From positions 258,146 through 322,145 of the forward strand of contig BTWA01000002.1 of assembly GCA_045863295.1 (NCBI GenBank): 64,000 bases of DNA. The letters are read 5' to 3'. This DNA comes from Candidatus Hydrogenedentota bacterium (lineage in GTDB: Bacteria; Hydrogenedentota; Hydrogenedentia; Hydrogenedentales; SLHB01). Shown piece after piece: positions 19,162 through 28,825 of this stretch. Each line of letters starts with the position of its first letter. The first letter of the stretch is position 1. The position numbers were made by a program, and so were the translations under genes. A model generated the notes under the pieces. The model saw only the letters and a program-made list of their open reading frames with translations. It made no database searches and was not told the DNA's origin.

Positions 19162-19958
19162 GCGGTGCACTGGTGGCCGAAGGCGTCTCATTCGAATATG
19201 TGCCGGGCGATCCGGTGTTCCGAAACGTTGATTGTCGTGTTTCTCCGGGCAGATTGGTTGGCATAGTCGGGCCAAACGGATCGGGGAAGAGTACTTTGTT
19301 GCGGGTGCTCTGTGGACTGTTGAAGCCTTTGCGGGGGTGTGTAACGGCCAATGGGACGCGATTGACAGAGTTGTCGCATCGCGAACGGGCGCGACGGGTT
19401 GCGTTTCTCCCCCAGTCGGTGAATCCCGTTTTCAGTATGACATGCATGGAGGTTGTTTGTCTTGGCCGGTTTCCGCATTTGGGGGCGTTGGGTGCATTGA
19501 GTCGCCATGACGCGGAGGTGGCTGAGCGCTGTCTGCGTGAAACTGCGTCATGGGATCTTTGCGACCGTGATTTCCAGTCGCTTTCCGGTGGTGAACGTCA
19601 ACGTGTGCTGTTGGCCAGCATACTTGCCCAAGAGGCTGAGTTTCTTTTGTTGGACGAGCCGACGTCGGCACTCGACATCCATCATCAGGTGGAGATATTT
19701 GCGCATTTGCGGCGGCTATCCCGCGACCGTTTTGGCGTTGCGGTGGTGACCCACGATCTCAATCTTGCTGCCCGGTTTTGTGGTCATGTGCTTTTGATGT
19801 CGAAGACGGCGGATGGATTTCTTGCGGCGGGCGCGCCGGATGAGGTATTCGACGAAGGCACGCTTTCCTCGGCGTATGGATCGCGAATCCATGTGTCGCG
19901 CCATCCCATCACGGGAGCGGTACTTATTTCTGCGGACTGCGCGATGGAGGTTTCATGA
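19158..19958 (+). CDS. ABC transporter ATPase (cobalamin/Fe-siderophore)
   Basis: GPNGSGKST, LSGGERQR, LLLDEPT, THDLNLA. Confidence 0.93.
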   Translation: MSGALVAEGVSFEYVPGDPVFRNVDCRVSPGRLVGIVGPNGSGKSTLLRVLCGLLKPLRGCVTANGTRLTELSHRERARRVAFLPQSVNPVFSMTCMEVVCLGRFPHLGALGALSRHDAEVAERCLRETASWDLCDRDFQSLSGGERQRVLLASILAQEAEFLLLDEPTSALDIHHQVEIFAHLRRLSRDRFGVAVVTHDLNLAARFCGHVLLMSKTADGFLAAGAPDEVFDEGTLSSAYGSRIHVSRHPITGAVLISADCAMEVS

Positions 19959-21040
19959 TGCGTCGCGCAAAGCCGGGATTTATAGTGACGCTGCTGATTG
20001 GCAGTGTACTTCTTGCGGTGGCGAGTTTGTTTATCGGCACCGAATCTCCCAGCGTGAGTCAGGCGTTTCGCGACTGGATGGATGGTAAAGGCGTCTATGA
20101 ATCGGCACATCTGAGTGTGTTTGTCCAACAGCGGCTTCCGCGCACGCTGTTGGCGCTGATTGCCGGGGGCGGTCTTGCGTTGACCGGGTGCGCGTTTCAA
20201 GCCCTTCTGCGCAATCCGCTGGCAACGCCGTATACGCTTGGGATTGCGAGTTTTGGCGCGTTGGGAGCTTGGACGGCCACCATAGTCATACAATATGCGA
20301 CGATGTTGTTGTCGGGTGCGGACCGGGGCTTTGCGGGCGACGTGATTTTGTGGCTGGTGCAGGCCGACGTGCTGGGGTTTTCTCTCGTACAGTTTTTCGC
20401 GTTTTTGTTTGCGGGTGTTGATGTTCTGCTTATTTACATTATCGCAACGCAACGCACGCATATCAGCCCTTCCGTATTGCTTCTCGCGGGCGTGACACTG
20501 GGGATGCTGGCGAACGCCGGTATCATGCTTATGCGATTTCTTGCACACCCGACACTACTGGTCAACATGGAACGTTGGTTGATGGGTGGCGTTGATTTGC
20601 CTGGATACGAGCCTGTCGTGGCGTTGATAGTGGGTGTGTTGCCATGTTCCGTGATCCTGATACTGCAGGCCTCGAAATTCGATCAACTTGGGTTTGGCGC
20701 GGAAATGGCTGCCGGGCGCGGCGTGAACGTAAAGCGGTTGCAGGTTGTGACTTTTCTTTTCGGTTCGCTGCTGACGGCGATCATTGTATCCAAGGTAGGT
20801 CCCATTGGATTTGCCGGTCTCATAGTGCCCCATGCGGTACGGAGTGTCACTGGATCCCGGCATCGGTTGTTGATGCCATTGTGTGTAATTGCAGGCGGTG
20901 GTTTTTTGTGCTTTTGCGACATACTTGCGCGCAAGCTTTTGACGGGCGAAACGCCCATAGGCATTGTCACGGCGTTGTTTGGCGGACCTTTCTTTTTGTA
21001 CCTGTTGGTTCGGGGCCGATTTACGGACTGGGATACCTGA
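19955..21040 (+). CDS. FecCD/BtuC family permease
   Basis: RLPRTLL, FQALLRNPLATPYTLG, GPIGFAGLIVPH, PIGIVTALFGGPFF. Confidence 0.92.
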   Translation: MMRRAKPGFIVTLLIGSVLLAVASLFIGTESPSVSQAFRDWMDGKGVYESAHLSVFVQQRLPRTLLALIAGGGLALTGCAFQALLRNPLATPYTLGIASFGALGAWTATIVIQYATMLLSGADRGFAGDVILWLVQADVLGFSLVQFFAFLFAGVDVLLIYIIATQRTHISPSVLLLAGVTLGMLANAGIMLMRFLAHPTLLVNMERWLMGGVDLPGYEPVVALIVGVLPCSVILILQASKFDQLGFGAEMAAGRGVNVKRLQVVTFLFGSLLTAIIVSKVGPIGFAGLIVPHAVRSVTGSRHRLLMPLCVIAGGGFLCFCDILARKLLTGETPIGIVTALFGGPFFLYLLVRGRFTDWDT

Positions 21041-21056
21041 GACAAACTCTTGGCGA

Positions 21057-22922
21057 TCAGGCAGCGGTCAATTTCTTAGGCTTTGGAGTGAGCAGGGATA
21101 CTACGATCAACACGATAAAGCCCAGTGGAATGGTGACGAGACCGGGTTGGCTGAAGGGCACCATGGACGTTTTTGGGTCCCATCCATACACTTTCGAGTA
21201 GGTGTCCGCCGAAAGCAATATCCATAGAATTGACGTTGTCATACCCACGAAGACCGCGCTTGCGATGCCTTCCTTTGTGGTGCGCGGCCAGAACAGCATC
21301 ATTACGAGTGCGGGCAGATTGGCCGATGCGGCGATGTTAAACGCCCAGCCGACCAGAAAGCTCACGTTGAAATCCTTAAACAGAACGCCCATGAACATGG
21401 CCGACGCACCGAGCAACACCGCCACGCTTTTTCCATACAACACCTTTTGATGATCGGTCATCGGAATTTTGAAGAAGTTTTCGAGCAAATCGTGCGCGAC
21501 AGCCCCGGAGCCGGCCATTATCAATCCCGATACCGTGCCAAGCACGGTAGTGAATGCAATTGCGGAGATGATGGCGAACATAAGTTCGCTGAAAGAGCGG
21601 GCCAGAAGAGGGGCCGCCATGTTGTTGTCGGTTACGTCCATGGCGCCGCTGGTCATGGCACCGAGACCCAAGTAGAGCGTAAGGACGTAAAAAAAGCCGA
21701 TTGAAGCTATGCCGACTACGGTGCTCTTTCGTGCGGAGGCCTGGTCCTTGACGGTATAGTATCGAATCAGAATGTGGGGTAGTGACGCGGTCCCACAAAA
21801 GAGAGCGAGCATGAGCGATATGAAATCGAGTTTCTCCGTGAAGTTCTCCGAGGTCATGCCTTTGAAGTAGCCGCCGGGGGTCAACAGCTCCGAGCCCTTT
21901 TTCAGGACCGGATAAAAGACCGTGGTAGTCGTTCCATCCGCTTCCTTTAACACTTCCTTGGACCACGTCATCACTGTGGAATCCCGCAGAATTCCAAAGA
22001 ACTCGAGCGGGCCAACGGCGCCTGTTTTTTCCACTCCACCGGGTAGCGCGGCCAGGGTTCCGACCGGATTCAGGTCGTGACCATTGCCTTGTGGCTTTCC
22101 GTTGACCCTTTTTGTGCCGTCCGGGAGGATGACGATGGTTTGTGTTCTGATCCAGCCTTCAGGGGTGACCCGTACGACGGACTCCACACCTTCGGCATCG
22201 ATAAGCTTGATGTAAGGCTTGTCTGGCCAGACGTTTTCGAGCACCGTCATCGCGGCGTCATTTTTTACCGCTTCGGGATTCATTATGTCGGGCCCGGGTT
22301 TTGCTTCAAAGCCGCGCACTAGAATCATGATGGTCAATGCGGCGCAGAACAATACAAGGAGAAATCCCTTAATGAATTGCACCCATGTGGTCGAGACCAT
22401 GCCAGCGGTGACGACAATCAAGGTTACTGTGATTCCAACGATTATGACGCCCGCGTAATGTGGCAAACCCAGCAGCGGTGTAATCAATGCACCCGCTCCC
22501 ACCATTTGTGGAATCAAATAGAATCCGCTGATGAGCATGGTGGACAGGGCTACGGCCAGTTTGATGCCTCTGGAGTTGTATTTGCTGTCGAGCGCATCCG
22601 CGAAGGTAAATTTTCCAAGGCGCTTGATGGGTTCGGCGATGACGAAAAGGGCGACGATCCATCCTGCGAGATAACCAATGGAGTACAGGAAGCCGTCATA
22701 TCCGTAAAATGCAATGAGTCCGCAAATTCCCAGAAAGGATGCCGCGGACAGGTAGTCTCCGGCAAAGGCTACACCGTTTACGGCCCAGTGAATTTGTCCG
22801 TGCGCGGTGTAATAGCCGGTGGCGGTTTGACCGCGTCTTCCGAGATAGAACGACAGCCCCAGAACTCCGAGGACAAATAAGGCAAAGATTGCAACCGCGA
22901 CAAAGGAAGTTGAGTACAGCAT
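21057..22922 (-). CDS. actP: cation/acetate symporter ActP (solute:sodium symporter family)
   Basis: NGVAFAGDYLSAASFLG, STTWVQFIKG, GTASLPHILIRYYTV, ASANLP; paired with DUF485. Confidence 0.88.
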   Translation of the reverse strand: MLYSTSFVAVAIFALFVLGVLGLSFYLGRRGQTATGYYTAHGQIHWAVNGVAFAGDYLSAASFLGICGLIAFYGYDGFLYSIGYLAGWIVALFVIAEPIKRLGKFTFADALDSKYNSRGIKLAVALSTMLISGFYLIPQMVGAGALITPLLGLPHYAGVIIVGITVTLIVVTAGMVSTTWVQFIKGFLLVLFCAALTIMILVRGFEAKPGPDIMNPEAVKNDAAMTVLENVWPDKPYIKLIDAEGVESVVRVTPEGWIRTQTIVILPDGTKRVNGKPQGNGHDLNPVGTLAALPGGVEKTGAVGPLEFFGILRDSTVMTWSKEVLKEADGTTTTVFYPVLKKGSELLTPGGYFKGMTSENFTEKLDFISLMLALFCGTASLPHILIRYYTVKDQASARKSTVVGIASIGFFYVLTLYLGLGAMTSGAMDVTDNNMAAPLLARSFSELMFAIISAIAFTTVLGTVSGLIMAGSGAVAHDLLENFFKIPMTDHQKVLYGKSVAVLLGASAMFMGVLFKDFNVSFLVGWAFNIAASANLPALVMMLFWPRTTKEGIASAVFVGMTTSILWILLSADTYSKVYGWDPKTSMVPFSQPGLVTIPLGFIVLIVVSLLTPKPKKLTAA

Positions 22923-23203
22923 CAGGAACAATCCTCTCCGCCGCCGGACATTTCTCTGGGATGCTTGGGCATTCGGCAAAGGTACATGTACAGCAGGGCC
23001 AGGAGCAGCGCGGCAATGATCAGGCCAAAGCCGTAGGCGACGGCCAGGTTTAGCCCGCCGCCGACGGCAACGCCCATGAGAGACGTTTTGAACACCGCGA
23101 GGAACACGAATCCGCCGTAGAGAGCGACATAAACGGCGAACAAAATCAGCCCGTACCGGGCATTTCGGTTTACCAGATGCGGCTGGTTGTCATGATGCGA
23201 CAC
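22922..23203 (-). CDS. DUF485 (YjcH-like) small membrane protein
   Basis: Two TM helices; stop overlaps the actP start; canonical arrangement. Confidence 0.85.
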   Translation of the reverse strand: MSHHDNQPHLVNRNARYGLILFAVYVALYGGFVFLAVFKTSLMGVAVGGGLNLAVAYGFGLIIAALLLALLYMYLCRMPKHPREMSGGGEDCS

Positions 23204-23308
23204 GATACCCGTTTCCCTTTTTTGTGCTTAGTCCGCCGATGACCGCGCCAGTAAACCGTTTAGGCGGCGTCTGTGTCAACCGTGCGCGGAAATTGCCGAG
23301 GAGCCTGC

Positions 23309-23337
23309 TTGACAGTCTGCTGGGGTGGACCTATAGT
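23309..23337 (+). promoter_or_regulatory. sigma70 promoter
   Basis: TTGACA-N17-TATAGT, 41 nt before ATG 23379. Confidence 0.75.
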
Positions 23338-23378
23338 CAGGTGTCGAGTATTTACCGATTTGAAGGGGGGAGTGAATC

Positions 23379-25922
23379 ATGAAGCCGGTGCGATTGGGGG
23401 CGTCGCTGGGTGTGTTCGTTGTGTGCTTGGCCGCGTGGGGCGAGACGCCACGGTATACCGTAGAGCAGGCCTCCAGCTACATGCGGGATTGGTTGTTGCT
23501 TGGCCCTTTCCCCGTGGCGGAAAGTGACCAGGCGACCGATCAGACGTTGCATATTCCGAGTTTTCATGCGGATACCCTTGCTTCCATTGGGGGCGAGGCG
23601 CACGCGCAGATTTCCGAGGGCGGTGTGGTTGAAGCGGGCGGGGTATCGCGCACGTGGGCATTGCACCGTTCGGCCAGCGATCTGATCGATTTGGATAAGG
23701 CCATATCGACGGACTCTTTGGTGTTTGGTTACGCCTATTGCGAGATCGAGTCTCAAGATGAGCGAACGGTTGTATTGGCCGCTGGATCGAACGATGACGG
23801 CCGGATGTGGCTGAACGGTGTGGAAGTGATTTCGGATCTGGGGCCACATGGGCATCGGTTCGACGGAGTACTCGCGCCGGTGCGGTTGAAGAAAGGCCGC
23901 AACACGCTGTTGGTCAAAGCGATGGATCGCGCGGGTTTTTGGCAGTTTTCCGCGCGCATTCTTCCCATTCTGGATCCGGCAGTCTTGCCGCGTATTTCGG
24001 TATTTCGTTGCGTGACGGATTCGGACGGAGTGGCGCGGCTACGAGTCCTGCCCATTGTGCCCGCCGCGTCGGATGCTGTGGCGTCGGCGAAGCTGCAGGT
24101 GTATCGGAGCAAGGATCCAGACGTGGTGCTTTGGGCCGGTGCATGGGAACCGGGTCCGGATTTTGCCCTCCCGCTCGATCCCAAACGGTATGACGAATTA
24201 ATGCTTCGTGTGGACGCGGAGTTTGCCGGTGGAGGAGTGCATTCCACCGAGATTCCGTTTACCGTAGGAATTCGGCGGGAGTACAGGCTATTTGCGGATG
24301 GCGTTTCCGACTACGCCATCGAGATTACGGCGGATGCCACTGAATCCGAGACGTGGGCAGCCGAGGAATTGCAGCATTGGATTCGCGAAGCGAGTTCGGT
24401 CGAGATACCCGTACTTGAGCCTGGAGCGCCGTGGAGCGACGCGCGGATTGTGATAGGCCATGCAGGCCGTGATCCGCAGGATGAGTCATTTCGCTATTTT
24501 AACGTTGGCCCGTCCATTTTTGTTGAAGGTGGTTCGGAACGCGGCGCCATGTACGGTGTATTTTCGTTTCTGGAACGAGAGTTGGGTTGTCGTTGGTATA
24601 CGCCAAGGGTGTCGGCGGTCCCGAAGAAGGCGTCGTATACGTTTCATTACCTGGATCATGCCGAGGCGCCCGGAGTGACGGTGCGGAATGACTTTTACTT
24701 CGAAGCTTTCGAACCCATCTGGGCCGCTCGGAACCGGATTAATGGCGCCATGGGGTATCGGGAGCAACCGGGCGGCGTGGAGTCGTATTGGGGTGTGCAT
24801 ACGTTTTACCCACTCATGCCGCCGTCAGAATTCTTCGACAGCCATCCTGAGTATTACAGTTTGATTGATGGCAAGCGCCAACATGATCACGCGCAATTGT
24901 GTCTGACGAATCCGGATGTGTTGCGGATATTGACCGAGCGCCTTCGCCAGCGCATGCGGGAGAATCCGGAGTATCTGATTTATTGCGTGTCGCAGAATGA
25001 TTGGCGCAACCCTTGCCAATGTGAGAAATGCAGCGCGATTGTGGAGCGGGAGGGCAGCGAGGCCGGTCCGATGGTGGAATTTGTGAATGCGGTAGCCGAA
25101 GCGGTGGAGGCGGAATTTCCGGATAAGTACATTGGCACCCTTGCGTATCAGTACACGCGCAAACCGCCGAAGACCGTGAAGCCGCGGAAGAATGTTGTGA
25201 TACGGTTGTGCAGTATCGAGTGCTGTTTTTCCCATCCGATGACGGAGTGTCCGGAGAATCAGTCGTTCGTAGAAGACATTCGAGGGTGGGCTGCGATTGC
25301 GCCCAAGATATACATCTGGGATTACGTGGTGAATTTTTCCCATTACGTGATGCCGTATCCGAACTTTCCCGTATTGCAGCCCAACATCCAATTTCTGCGG
25401 GAGCACCACGCGATTGGGATTATGGAGCAGGCAGCGTATCAAAGCCGTGGAGGCGAGTTTGCCGAATTGCGGATGTATGTGATTGCGAAGCTGTTGTGGA
25501 ATCCCGATTGCGATGTGAATGCCGCGATTGACGATTTCATGTACGGTTACTACGGACGCGCAGGGCAATATGTGCGGGCCTATTTTGATTTGTTGCACGG
25601 TCAGGTCACGCCGGAGCGGCACATTACGTTGGGATTGAGGCCGGACGATCCGCTGTTCAGCGATGCGTTCGTGCGCAAGGCGGGCTGGCTGTTTGATCAA
25701 GCCGAGGCCATCGCGGATAACGAAGAGATTCGGCAGCGGGTGGAAATGGCGCGATTGCCGGTTTTGTATTTGAAGTGCAAGCGGATGCCTCTCGAGGCCA
25801 AGCAGGACGGCAGTTTCGCGCGGTTCAAGGCGATCGCCGAGCGGGAAGGCGTGACGCATTTGGCGGAGGCTGGCGAGCCTCACCGGCTTGCATTCTATGC
25901 GGAGATGGATGCGGCGCAGTGA
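23379..25922 (+). CDS. DUF4838 domain protein with N-terminal PA14-like beta-sandwich (exported)
   Basis: Signal peptide; DWLLLGPF...GSNDDGRMWLNG; GH20/67-like N-domain (RGAMYGVFSFLERELGCRW); HPEYYSL...QLCLTNP, CQCEKC, TLAYQYT, IWDY. Confidence 0.8.
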   Translation: MKPVRLGASLGVFVVCLAAWGETPRYTVEQASSYMRDWLLLGPFPVAESDQATDQTLHIPSFHADTLASIGGEAHAQISEGGVVEAGGVSRTWALHRSASDLIDLDKAISTDSLVFGYAYCEIESQDERTVVLAAGSNDDGRMWLNGVEVISDLGPHGHRFDGVLAPVRLKKGRNTLLVKAMDRAGFWQFSARILPILDPAVLPRISVFRCVTDSDGVARLRVLPIVPAASDAVASAKLQVYRSKDPDVVLWAGAWEPGPDFALPLDPKRYDELMLRVDAEFAGGGVHSTEIPFTVGIRREYRLFADGVSDYAIEITADATESETWAAEELQHWIREASSVEIPVLEPGAPWSDARIVIGHAGRDPQDESFRYFNVGPSIFVEGGSERGAMYGVFSFLERELGCRWYTPRVSAVPKKASYTFHYLDHAEAPGVTVRNDFYFEAFEPIWAARNRINGAMGYREQPGGVESYWGVHTFYPLMPPSEFFDSHPEYYSLIDGKRQHDHAQLCLTNPDVLRILTERLRQRMRENPEYLIYCVSQNDWRNPCQCEKCSAIVEREGSEAGPMVEFVNAVAEAVEAEFPDKYIGTLAYQYTRKPPKTVKPRKNVVIRLCSIECCFSHPMTECPENQSFVEDIRGWAAIAPKIYIWDYVVNFSHYVMPYPNFPVLQPNIQFLREHHAIGIMEQAAYQSRGGEFAELRMYVIAKLLWNPDCDVNAAIDDFMYGYYGRAGQYVRAYFDLLHGQVTPERHITLGLRPDDPLFSDAFVRKAGWLFDQAEAIADNEEIRQRVEMARLPVLYLKCKRMPLEAKQDGSFARFKAIAEREGVTHLAEAGEPHRLAFYAEMDAAQ

Positions 25923-25935
25923 GCGCGGATTTGGG

Positions 25936-26880
25936 TCATTCGGATTTTGAGTATGCTGCGTACAGGCCAGCAATTTGTGCGTCATTGGAATTACCCGGGT
26001 GGATTACTACCCGGTATCGGAATCGCAGCATTCGGCCTTTTGACCAATTGAAGCGGTCGTTTTCCAGCCAGTACATGGGCGTCGGCGAGAAGAATCCGTA
26101 GTCGCGCGTGAACCACTTGCTTGGAAACCAGGGATTGCCCGGGTGTTGCAGGATTGCGATGCCTTCCGTTTTGCCGTCGCGTGTTCCGCTGTAGCTGGCC
26201 CAAGTCGACTCCCTGCCAAACGTGCCTGCCTCGCTGCGTTGTCCTTCCGCATTGACTAGCGTACCCCCAGCCGTAACCGCCAACTCGGGCACGACCCGGG
26301 CTGCGAAGAGCGAGTGATTCGTTTTCTCAATTGTGACGTCTTCGAGCGCTTCCAGGGAGATGTCGAAATCAATGTAGCGCAGGTTTTCGGCCGGCGCTGA
26401 AACGGTGATCCGCCGCCCGTCTCGTATGACGGGGTTTTGTCCCGGGATGCGCCACTCGCAGTGGTCTGCTATCACGACTCGGTCGGCTGTTGACTCCAAC
26501 AATGCTGGACCCTGCGAGACGATTTGCCCTTTCTGGTTTGTATCCTGCCAATAGTTGCCGTCATTGACTCGATCACAGGCAAAGAACAGCGAATGGTGAT
26601 GTGGATATGGTTCGGAGGATTCCGTAGTGAGGGTTTGGCCGGTGAGGGGGCCATTTATGGGCCAGAAGTATGGGTATTTTTGATCCGGGCCGGTTTTATA
26701 CGTGGTAAAGAGCTTTCCGTTGATGGAGACCTCTATGGCGTTGCCGGTCTCAATGGCAGACAGGGCCTCTTTGGGGGCCTTTGTGACTTCGGGTTGACCC
26801 CAGATTTTGTTGGATGCGAGGGCGATTACTGCGATTCTGAGTGCGATTCGGGTGTAGCTTCCATATTGCTGCATGGCCAT
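25936..26880 (-). CDS. DUF6807 / 'PmoA family' secreted protein
   Basis: KYPYFWPI, HHHSLFF, HPGNP, WFTRDYG, RFRYRVVIH. Confidence 0.7.
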   Translation of the reverse strand: MAMQQYGSYTRIALRIAVIALASNKIWGQPEVTKAPKEALSAIETGNAIEVSINGKLFTTYKTGPDQKYPYFWPINGPLTGQTLTTESSEPYPHHHSLFFACDRVNDGNYWQDTNQKGQIVSQGPALLESTADRVVIADHCEWRIPGQNPVIRDGRRITVSAPAENLRYIDFDISLEALEDVTIEKTNHSLFAARVVPELAVTAGGTLVNAEGQRSEAGTFGRESTWASYSGTRDGKTEGIAILQHPGNPWFPSKWFTRDYGFFSPTPMYWLENDRFNWSKGRMLRFRYRVVIHPGNSNDAQIAGLYAAYSKSE

Positions 26881-26936
26881 AAGTCCTTTTTATAAAGCAT
26901 GTTATTGTGTGTTTGTGCAAATCATCCATTAAGCGG

Positions 26937-26965
26937 TTGATTTTTAGCTACATAAAAGTTAAAAT
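26937..26965 (+). promoter_or_regulatory. sigma70 promoter, probably leaderless
   Basis: TTGATT-N17-TAAAAT ending 6 nt before ATG 26972; no SD sequence. Confidence 0.6.
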
Positions 26966-26971
26966 ACAACT

Positions 26972-28231
26972 ATGTTATGGAGAAATATCACACACCCCAT
27001 CCGGATCGGTATGACAGATTCCCCTGTCCTACTCCTCAACGGCGCGCGTCAAACCGGAAAAAGCACCTTGGTCCGGCATGTGGCCACGAACAACGCTCCG
27101 TTCCAATACGCGACACTGGACGACGCGGCCATCTACGGGGCCGCCGTTGACGACCCGCAGGGATTTATACGCGGGTTCGACGGTCCTGTCGTAATCGACG
27201 AAGTACAGCGCGTACCGGACCTTTTCCGGGCGATTAAGCTGGCTGTAGATCGGGACCGCCAGCCGGGCCGGTACATTCTAACCGGATCAGCCAACGTGTT
27301 CATGCTGCCCACGGCATCCGAATCGCTTGCGGGCCGCATGGAAATACAGACCCTGTGGCCATTTTCGCAAGGCGAGTTGTTGGGCGTGCGGGACGAGTTT
27401 GTGGACCGAGTATTCGCCGGAGCGCTTCCCGGAATGGCCGGTCCCGCACTCGGCCGCCACGCCTTGGCGGACATCCTGGCGCGGGGCGGCTATCCAGAAG
27501 CCTGCACTCGAAGCGACGCGGGACGAAGGGGCCGCTGGTTCGCGAACTATGTGAGCAGCATCCTTCAACGAGACATTCGCGACATTGCGGGCATCGACCA
27601 CCTGTCCGTTATGCCGCGTTTGCTTTCGATTTTGGCGGCCCGATCGAGTACGTTGCTGAACTATGCGGAACTAGCAAGGAGCGTGGGCCTTCCGCAAACG
27701 ACCTTGAAACGTTACTGCACGCTGCTGGAGACGACGTTTCTGCTCCACTTTATTCCGGCTTGGACGGAGAATGTCGGCAAGCGCTTGACTCGATCTCCAA
27801 AAGTATGCCTATGCGACACAGGGCTGGCATGTCATTTGATGGGGATAGACGCAGAACGCATGACCGCGGATCCGACCGTGCTGGGCAAGTTGTTGGAGAG
27901 CTTTACCGCTCTTGAGCTGATGAAGCAGATTAGCTGGAGCAAGACGCGGGCAACGCTTTACCACTACCGGACCGCTGCGGGACAAGAAATCGATTTCCTC
28001 ATGGAAACACCGGACGGGTCCGTGGCATGTGTTGAAGTAAAGGCTTCGGAGACCATTTCGAAGGAAGATTTCCGGCATCTGATCGGTCTACGCGATCAAC
28101 TGAAAGGGCGGTTCAGGCAAGGTATACTGTTACATGCCGGTTCCGAAACCGTGTCCTTTGGCGACCGGATGTGGGCGATGCCCATCGCATCCTTGTGGCA
28201 AGGATCGCCCAACCATACAACCAGGGACTGA
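26972..28231 (+). CDS. AAA_14 ATPase with DUF4143 (wHTH + PD-(D/E)xK-like) C-terminus
   Basis: GARQTGKST, IDEVQ, LTGSA, SESLAGR, GGYPE, CDTGL, EIDFL...VEVKAS. Confidence 0.92.
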   Translation: MLWRNITHPIRIGMTDSPVLLLNGARQTGKSTLVRHVATNNAPFQYATLDDAAIYGAAVDDPQGFIRGFDGPVVIDEVQRVPDLFRAIKLAVDRDRQPGRYILTGSANVFMLPTASESLAGRMEIQTLWPFSQGELLGVRDEFVDRVFAGALPGMAGPALGRHALADILARGGYPEACTRSDAGRRGRWFANYVSSILQRDIRDIAGIDHLSVMPRLLSILAARSSTLLNYAELARSVGLPQTTLKRYCTLLETTFLLHFIPAWTENVGKRLTRSPKVCLCDTGLACHLMGIDAERMTADPTVLGKLLESFTALELMKQISWSKTRATLYHYRTAAGQEIDFLMETPDGSVACVEVKASETISKEDFRHLIGLRDQLKGRFRQGILLHAGSETVSFGDRMWAMPIASLWQGSPNHTTRD

Positions 28232-28258
28232 CCCAAATCGCACGGCGGGAGACGCGGG

Positions 28259-28825
28259 TCAGCCCCTGAACCTGCGGCGCAATTCCTTGTTGACTTCGTG
28301 GCGGTCAAACTTCGTTGGGTCGAACTGTCCCAGCCACTCAGAGACTTCCCCGTAGCTTGGATGGTTGGAATCAGACAGTGAAGCCAATATGGCCTGATAC
28401 TCCCCTGCGCCGCCGCAATCTTCCGGGGGGCAGGCGTTCGCTCCATCGAGACAAACCGGATACATGGCCTTTGAATCGGCCGGGGAACAGGATTCGACGA
28501 TCACGCGATGTTGCCAACTGTCGCCAAAATCGTAGAGGTATCGAAACTCTGTTCCGACTGCACGCACGACGTCGGCCAGACGAAACCGTTGCTCGTCTTT
28601 GTAGCCGATGTCCTCTTCGGGTTCGCACAATGACTTTTCGCTATAGCGCGTGCCTCCGATTGCAAATTCATGCAAGTGGGCCTCTTCCCAACCCATCACG
28701 ATCCCAATAGCGCGGTGGAGATCCGCCAGAGAATGGGTATCGAGCATGACAAATCTGCGCCAGACGGCGGGTTCGATGTCCAGCAAGTCAATGCGAAACC
28801 CAATGGACAGGGGTGCTGTGATCAT
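28259..28825 (-). CDS. plasmid pRiA4b ORF-3 family protein
   Basis: PAVWRR, LADLHRAI, GWEEAHLHEF, YLYDFGDSWQH, ACPPEDCGG. Confidence 0.9.
   Translation of the reverse strand: MITAPLSIGFRIDLLDIEPAVWRRFVMLDTHSLADLHRAIGIVMGWEEAHLHEFAIGGTRYSEKSLCEPEEDIGYKDEQRFRLADVVRAVGTEFRYLYDFGDSWQHRVIVESCSPADSKAMYPVCLDGANACPPEDCGGAGEYQAILASLSDSNHPSYGEVSEWLGQFDPTKFDRHEVNKELRRRFRG

Noticed and set aside
24825..25985. 386-aa antisense ORF (likewise 35013-36083, 38755-39858 and 54301-55371)
   Set aside because: Each lies opposite well-supported genes and has no recognisable family features.
25936..26880. Particulate methane monooxygenase (suggested by the 'PmoA family' name)
   Set aside because: It is a soluble secreted beta-rich protein with no pmoCB neighbours; the family name is a misnomer.
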